A DNA stretch of 64,000 nt from NCBI GenBank assembly GCA_964016885.1, contig OZ024745.1, positions 128,154,001 to 128,218,000 of the forward strand, written 5' to 3'. This DNA comes from Eledone cirrhosa. Its lineage: Eukaryota. Shown piece by piece: positions 54,471 through 64,000 of the stretch (within the stretch, counting starts at the first letter, position 1; each line of letters opens with the position of its first letter). The notes below the pieces were generated by a model. It was not told where the DNA came from, did no database searches, and saw only the letters and a list, made by a program, of their open reading frames with translations. The position numbers were made by a program, and so were the translations under genes.

Positions 54471-55344
54471 ATGATAATAATTCCTTATATTGGTACAAGA
54501 ACAAATATTTAAAAAATGAAGTAAAATCTTCTGATGCTCTGCTCCAACACCAACCAATTCTGTCCCTTAACACAAACATGAAGATAATGTGAATAGTGGT
54601 AAGAAACTCTCAGGAGAGCTGGATAGTAAAAGGTCATCAGAGCAGAAACCCCTTTCAAGCGAATGTTTCAGCCCTTAACTTCTACATGTAAACAAACCTC
54701 TGATGCACCTCTCACATCAACACTAATACAATAATGACAAAAATATGAATAGAATATATAGCAAACTTAAGAAAATACATTTTCAAATCTGGATGTCGTA
54801 AACCGGAGTAATGTAAGTAGAAGAAAGAATGCATGAATGAAAGCCAAGGAACAAACAGGAAACCAAAATATGAAGGAAAGGTATAAACCTCGAAAATCCA
54901 AATAACGATGATTAATATAGCTGGTAGAAAACAATATAAATAGAAAAACAATAAAACCATATGACATGTTTCTTTAGTATGTCTTTCGTAGGAAGAAAGA
55001 CATCTTGAAAGGAGAGGTCTTAAGCCTATGGAACAAACCCTATCAAAGACATCTGTACACCTCGTTTACGTATGACACTTTGCTTTAGATACCTTACCAG
55101 AGCATCAGGAACCGAATGAACATGAACAAGAGATAAACAGAGAGGAAGTAGCTGAAATAGTTGAGGACACGTGTTTCACCCAAAGAGAATTGTTGGTAAG
55201 TTTTTGGCAATTGCAGGTTGTTGTTTGAGTTGGGGCTTGCAGGATTGCTGCCTTTTTTATGGTATAACCTCCGATATGTTAAGTGATATCTAAACAGCAG
55301 TAGCTAAACTAAATAGTGTTTGGCTTGAAGATCTTGTGGTATAT

Positions 55345-55667
<323 letters not shown>

Positions 55668-55781
55668 CATATATATACATACATATACATACATATATAT
55701 ATACATACATATATGTATACATACATATATATATACATACATACAAACCTATATATATATATTATATATATATACATACAT

Positions 55782-55848
<67 letters not shown>

Positions 55849-55909
55849 CATACATACATACATACATGTATATATATATATATATATACACACAAATATA
55901 TATATACAT

Positions 55910-56064
<155 letters not shown>

Positions 56065-56201
56065 TATATACAAAGGTTATATTTAATTTGTTGGAATTCA
56101 ACAAACTTAAAAGTTTTATAAATGATATAAAGCATTCAACAGATGGTGGAGTAAATATTCGTTATATTAATAAATGGAAACTATATTTATTAAACCATAA
56201 T

Positions 56202-56267
56202 TATTTTATTATATATATTTCAAGGGTAACCAAGGCAAATTTTGGTGGGCTTTCATCAGATAAAATA
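56202..56267 (-). ncRNA. Minimal type-I hammerhead ribozyme, family A
   Basis: Minus strand: uauuuuau-CUGAUGA-aagcccaccaa..uugguuacccuu-GAAA-UAUAUA-UA^auaaaaua. Confidence 0.72.
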
Positions 56268-56570
56268 CAAAATTTGTTTTATAAATGTTGACCTACCCGC
56301 CGAAGAACAACCTTGACGGTTGGAGGTTCGCTATGAATAAATGTAGGAGTAATTTAAGTATGTTTGTGTAGATAAGTGTACAAACAAAAATGAAGTAAGA
56401 TTGCTTACCAAAGTATTTTTCTCAACATCGGCATAATAATAATATTATGCAACCAACATTATGGAAACTTATATTGTATTGAAACATATATTAAAGAACG
56501 AACTTTTGGTAAAATTCTTCATTTTTCTATATTTCACGCTTAGTATTTTTTTTCTATACATTTTTAAAAT

Positions 56571-56679
<109 letters not shown>

Positions 56680-57872
56680 GATATATATATATATACATAT
56701 ATATGTATATATATACATATATGTATATATACATATATGTGTATATATATATATGTGTGTGTGTATATATATACACATACGTGTGTATATATATGTATAT
56801 ATATATGTGTATATATATGTATATAAATATGTATATATGTATATATATATGTATATATATTCATTTCGAAGAAATAATATTAGTAATATTTTCTATTTCT
56901 TTTAGCTGTTATTTTAAACGAGAATGTGATGCATCTATTTCAGATTTGTTAACACTGAGCTTATCAAATATTTTTCATCTCTGAACACCTTTCGAAAATA
57001 GTTTGACCAAAGTATCTGGTGTCATGTTTTGTCGGTAGCTTGTTACAAGGATGGGTTATCTGTGTGTTAAGAGTTGCATTATATTTTGCTATTTGAATAA
57101 CTTTCTATATATAATCCTCAGTGTACTTACTTTGGCCAACCATTTTTAAGAAATTTACTTCAAGTTTATTTTCTGACAATAAAAATAGATTTATTATTGC
57201 TTGATCTGAAATAAAAGGCCGAAGGGTTGTTTTCATTTTATTTACATTTTATAATTCCTTGCTCAGTCTTAAATTAACCAACAATATATCGAAATGTTCA
57301 ATCATATAGTGTTTATTACATAGAAGGTACAAATATATTCGTTTAAAATTATAGGAGAAATATGAAAATTTGTCGCCAGTTTCAATTCTATATAACATTG
57401 GATATCAGAGTTTGCTATGCATTTAAACCGTATATGACTTCTATTCCTTGTTGACAAGATTCTACGGGAGGTTCACATCGTTCCGTCTATCTTCAAACTT
57501 ATATTTAAGCGCTTTCTTGTGTTGTGTTGAAAAAAAAAGATTATTATATATTTACATAGTTATTAACTTGTACTTGAGGCGGTGTTTACTCGGGGTGGGT
57601 TGAGCCAGCCACATCGAAAGAATTTACGGTTTAAGTTCATTTCAATGAAGTTTATTTGAGCGATTGGTTTCAAAGGCGATGCTCAGCTGCAAGTATATGC
57701 ATTTTAGGACAGTGCAATCCAAGCATTGCATCAGTTATAGCACCGAGCTCTCTCTTTTACACCCAACCCAATTTGTTGGAGAAAGTGCCGAGACGGGGAC
57801 GCATGGGATGGAGGCTGGCCGGCTGAGGTGATAAACACAACCTCTTTGAGTCATTATTATATATTAAATCAG

Positions 57873-58082
57873 GGGGGTGGATTGGCAGTAACGGTAGAAG
57901 GTCGGACGCCATGCTTTGCAGCATAGAGTTACGGCCCTTTATGATCTGAGTATAAGTTCCGCCGAGGTTAACTTTGCCATTTATCCTTACGGGGTGGATA
58001 AAATAAAGTAACAGTTATGCACTGGTACTTTATTTTTCGATGATAATTGCTGGCCTTGTGCCAAAAGTAGAAACAATTATTT
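57873..58082 (+). mobile_element. Family-1 SINE
   Basis: Head, body and tail match 1087-1293. Confidence 0.88.
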
Positions 58083-58211
58083 TATATCATATATTTAAGT
58101 GTTTATTTCTGGGAGTTATGTTTGCATCATCTCAATCAACAAACTTTGGTGTAGGTTAAATTTAGCACTCAGCGTCAGTACCTTCATTGATATGGGATCG
58201 CATCTAACACG

Positions 58212-58410
58212 AGTATCGTTATACGAATAAGTATCGTTATACGAATAAGTATCGTTATACGAATAAGTATCGTTATACGAATAAGTATCGTTATACGAAT
58301 AAGTATCGTTATACGAATAAGTATCGTTATACGAATAAGTATCGTTATACGAATAAGTATCGTTATACGAATAAGTATCGTTATACGAATAAGTATCGTT
58401 ATACGAATAA
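58212..58410. repeat. 18-bp minisatellite, 11 perfect copies
   Basis: Unit agtatcgttatacgaata with an internal dyad tcgt-tat-acga. Confidence 0.97.
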
Positions 58411-58589
58411 ATTTAATGCAGATTTGTGTAATTTCGTGAGTATATTTGTTACGCGATGTGTGGTGTTCAGAAACGACAGCTGGTCGCATATTAATTTTAT
58501 ATTATCGATTTGTATGTATAATTATTCTTGTGAAACAGTCTCATGTTGTCCTGCCAGCTGTTGTTGTTGGTATTACAATTGCATAAGAG

Positions 58590-59710
<1,121 letters not shown>

Positions 59711-60119
59711 AAGCGACAGAAAGAGTGACATGTTTAAAGTATAAGGAAAATCTCATGTTTGATGTCAATACGGCCTTGTGCCTGTCTCTGAAATCAATAT
59801 ATATACATTATGTCTATGTTATGTCGATTTACTGGGACATAAACATTCAATAGCAACACTTATATGTTTGATGCGTTAACCATAATACATAGACACTTCA
59901 CTTTAATGGATATAGCTGTTAGAAAATATATAGATGTTATTATGGCTTGCTTCTATTACTGGTGTTTATCGTAAACTAATTATGTTAGAGATAAGAGTCA
60001 TAAAATACTCCCTTCTCTCGCCAAAGGGGGAGATTCTACGTAATTGCGGAACCTCTGGTAAATGTCTACATGTATAAAGTCTAGTCTAAAGTTTGTCTCG
60101 GGCCCGGATACCCATCAGT

Positions 60120-60340
60120 CCCGTGCTTATCCTGGTTTCCGTGGCCTGAAGTGACTGAGAGTACATGACCCTCGTCTGGACAGGAGACCAGTCCATCGCA
60201 GGTATAAACGGCCAGCTATTACTGGTGCTCATTTTTTTTCAGCTTGGTATACTGCAGCAACGTGAAATGAAGCGTTTTGCTCAAGAACACAACACACAAC
60301 CAACGATATTATGACCATAGGTCCAACACCCTTACCGCCT
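60120..60340 (-). mobile_element. SINE, same family as 33105-33356
   Basis: ggacaggagaccagtccatcgcagg...ttgctcaagaacacaac. Confidence 0.75.
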
Positions 60341-61660
60341 CCACTCTGGTAAATGACAGTGGCATAATAGACTTTACTCTTGCCAACAGAGAAGATTCTA
60401 CATAATTGTGAAACCGCTGGTAAATAGCTGGCATGTTTTTCAATACACATCATGTTGATTTTTAGAAGTAAAACAATGCACATTGGATAATGTAATCCTA
60501 GATTCACTATATCTGGACAAATATATTTGGTGATAAACAGAACACTTTATAATCATATATCTGCTTGTTCCCTTCTGTATCAAAGCAACTCGCTCCAATC
60601 ACACAATCAACAAAGATCACATTACATATATTCCCTTATATACTAGAGCTGAAAATAAATGGTTGGGATGGAGACTGTTGAAAGACCCATGATCATCCTC
60701 TTTGATCGTTCTAAACTTTGTCTCTCACATTCATATTGACATATTAAGAAAGGTCATATTGGAGGACCTGGTACCCATCACCGACGTCTAAGTTACGCTA
60801 TGTAATTTAGAAGGAAGACATTTACTCATAGACGTAACGAAACACCATCTATTTTGAACGCACGACATATGAGCAGTTAGTCCATTGTCATAGCTTATTT
60901 CAACTGTAATATTGAAAGATTTATAGTAGATCAATGTTTTACATTTATAGATTATTCGCGCCAATAAAAGCCCAATTACGAATATAAATACATACACTTA
61001 CGGAGGAAGATCGGAATTGTATATATAGTAAACCAATACGCAGCTTATGTTACTGGTCATTGAGTGTGAAAACAATACGACATGAAACATTCGACACAGA
61101 TCATTAAGATTCTGTAGCCGTCGACCAGGAAATTCTGTAAAATGTTATTTTGCCTGAGCTCTTTCGTAACTAAATGTGATAAAGTTGCATGTAATTGACT
61201 GAGTATTATATGTTAAGAATGCATAATGTTTTTGTAATTGTTAGTGCTTTACACTATGAATAAAAGGGGGGGAGGGGAGCATCTGAGTTCAAATCGTGAG
61301 AAATCCAATGAGACACGCCTGCAAATTTACTGAGATTCACAGTTGAATAAAAAAGAAATGGTTTTTTGAAGCTGAAAAGGACCTTTAAATAATGGTAGAG
61401 TTATACAATTGATTATCACAAATTTGGTAATTCTTGTTCGCTAAACTAAAGTAATTTTGTGCCGATTCAAAGGCGATCGATATTAAATATAAATATGACG
61501 GTTATGTGACGGTTGAAAATAAAATATAACATGATATGCCATTGAGGCATACTGTGAGGCGTCAGAAAGACTAAGAAGATTTTTTTTCACACAAACACAC
61601 ACATATGTGTGTTAGTATTTGTTTGTATATATACACATACACCCAAGACACAAACACATT

Positions 61661-61700
<40 letters not shown>

Positions 61701-61757
61701 ACAATTCAGATCGAGCTGTCGAACCGGCAGGAACTCAGCCGTAGAGGCCGTGACTCT

Positions 61758-61798
<41 letters not shown>

Positions 61799-62025
61799 CG
61801 TTGCCTCACCATTCGTGTTTGTTTACCTGTCTCTCTTTCTCCACCCAATTCTTTTTATCCCAATAACTTATTTTAGTTATTGTTCGCGCTAGCCTGAGGT
61901 ATGGCAAAGAAATACCTATGATGGTTAGTAGACCACTGATGATGGATAGTCCTGGCTTCTATTTCTAATTCTTCATTTCAATTTGTATATCACACTTGCA
62001 ACAGCACAACACGCTATTTTTCATT

Positions 62026-62069
<44 letters not shown>

Positions 62070-62544
62070 TATACATACATATATCTGCATATATATATAT
62101 ATATGAATATATAGTATAAATATAAATATAAATATATACATACATATATATGCATATATATATATATATATATATATAGGGAGAGGGGGGGGGGTGAAAG
62201 AGAAAGAAAGAGAAAGAGAGGTGGAAGAGAATGTAATCAAACAGCTTGGACTCATCAACTCTATTTTCTATCTAAGTGTCTATAATAGACACGTTAATGA
62301 TGAGTGTTCGATAACAGCGACCAAAGAGAAAAGAGAAATATATATTTATTCACTCAGTCATTGATCGAATCATTTATTTATTTGTCTATTTTTGCTCCAT
62401 TCAATATATATATCTTGATTGGTTGCCTCGCACATTTCTATGTGGATATCCTCCTGTTGTTTCTTTTTGCTTTCGGTTCATTCTCTTTGATTATATATTG
62501 GCGAGAAAAACAAAATCAACCATTCACCATATAGCCCGTCTCTG

Positions 62545-62621
<77 letters not shown>

Positions 62622-62660
62622 ATATATACATATACATCGATATATATATATATGTATGTT

Positions 62661-62695
<35 letters not shown>

Positions 62696-62732
62696 GTAAA
62701 TATATATATGTATATATATGTATATATATATG

Positions 62733-62764
<32 letters not shown>

Positions 62765-62766
62765 TA

Positions 62767-62802
<36 letters not shown>

Positions 62803-64000
62803 AAATGCGAACGTTTGCCAAACGGCAACAATAGCTCCAAAGGAAAAAAAAAATGAAGTATAACATTTCTATAAAGGAGTTATCGGTGGTGTCTAATATA
62901 ATAGAGAGGTGATCGAAGTTTTTAGAATGACGGACGAAACAATTAGCAATGTTAAAAAGAAAGAGAAAGAGATAAGAGGAGAAAGAGAGAGATTTGTAAT
63001 ATATATATAGAGAGAGAAAACAAAGAGATAAAGGTGGAACCGGAAGTGTGGAAATATAGAACGTACACACTAATCTATTTCTCATCGTTTATTCGTTTTT
63101 GCTTCCTTTTACGGATTTCATTTATTGGACTGTGGCCATGCTAGAACAAGGCGCTCTAAATCACCCCCGCTACTTATTTCAATCTAGTACTGTGTTTTAT
63201 CTTCGTCACTTTGAGGAATGAACAAGAGTTTTTGTTGTTCTCTGTCATGAAGTGGCGTAAATGGACGTACTATAGAGTAGAATACAGAAATCCACACGCA
63301 CACACATACACATATACACAGTCACACACACGCATACACACACAACACACACATATATATATATATATATAAATTCTTTAATAAACTGGGAGCTGTGTGC
63401 ACGCGTGTATTTGCGTGTGTGTGTCCATGCGTTTGTGTTTGTGTGTGTGTGTGTTTGTGTGTGTGTGTCCATGCGTTTGTGTGTGTGTGTGTGTCCATGC
63501 GTTTGTGTGTTTGTGTGTGTGTGTGTGTGCATGCGTTTGTGTGTGTGTGTGTGCGCGCGTGTGGCGTATAAACACACTACAGTAATTACAAAAGTATGAG
63601 AACACAAATAAGCATGAAAAAATAACATCAGTTCCAAACCGGAACTAGACTGAACCCCTTTGATATCACAATAGTACTCTCCTGAATATAGATTAATAAG
63701 CACAATACCATATTACTGAAATTGACAGAGTAGACACGCTTGGGATCATCTTGGTACCGTTCAATACTAATCCTACTTTGTTTATTTAGCTGCTTCGGAT
63801 ATTTTTCACGAATTACAAGTGGTACTGCTACGTCAGAATGAATATCACTAGTATCAATAATAGTTTTTTAAAAATCTGTTTCAAGCCAGGAAATTCATCA
63901 TGCCTCTGATTATCCGAATTTCCGTGGCGTGAAGCGACAGAGATTACAAGACTTCCCCTGGACAGGACGCCAGTCTATCGCAGGGTTAAAGTCTGTCTCA

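Noticed and set aside
58212-58410. Resemblance to the loxP arm (ttcgtata on the minus strand)
   Set aside because: Only 8 bp are shared and there is no 13-8-13 architecture.

Overview
Eukaryotic, very AT-rich, non-genic (intergenic or intronic) DNA dominated by (TA)n, (TG)n, (TATG)n, (GA)n and (TTC)n microsatellites. The tRNA-headed SINE families and microsatellite load suggest an octopod cephalopod; this is an inference. I found no credible host protein-coding exon. Nearly all ORFs in the track are microsatellite read-throughs, and the rest are decayed transposon pieces: RTE-clade LINE ends and non-autonomous derivatives, R4/Dong-like REL-endonuclease LINE 3' ends clustered in (CATA)n, a CRE-like C-terminus, a mariner remnant, a non-autonomous Helitron and a Tigger/MER2-like MITE. 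The main hidden signal is RNA structure. About 20 type-I hammerhead ribozyme (HHR) motifs (CUGANGA-stem II-GAAA-stem III-UH, closed by stem I) from at least 7 unrelated sequence families sit next to (TA)n tracts, usually inside inverted repeats. The clearest case is a near-identical, highly structured 310-bp unit carrying a minimal HHR, present as about 4.4 tandem and inverted copies (18910-20270). It is a candidate retrozyme/Penelope-type circular-RNA element. Several duplication and inversion breakpoints fall at or close to predicted HHR cleavage sites.
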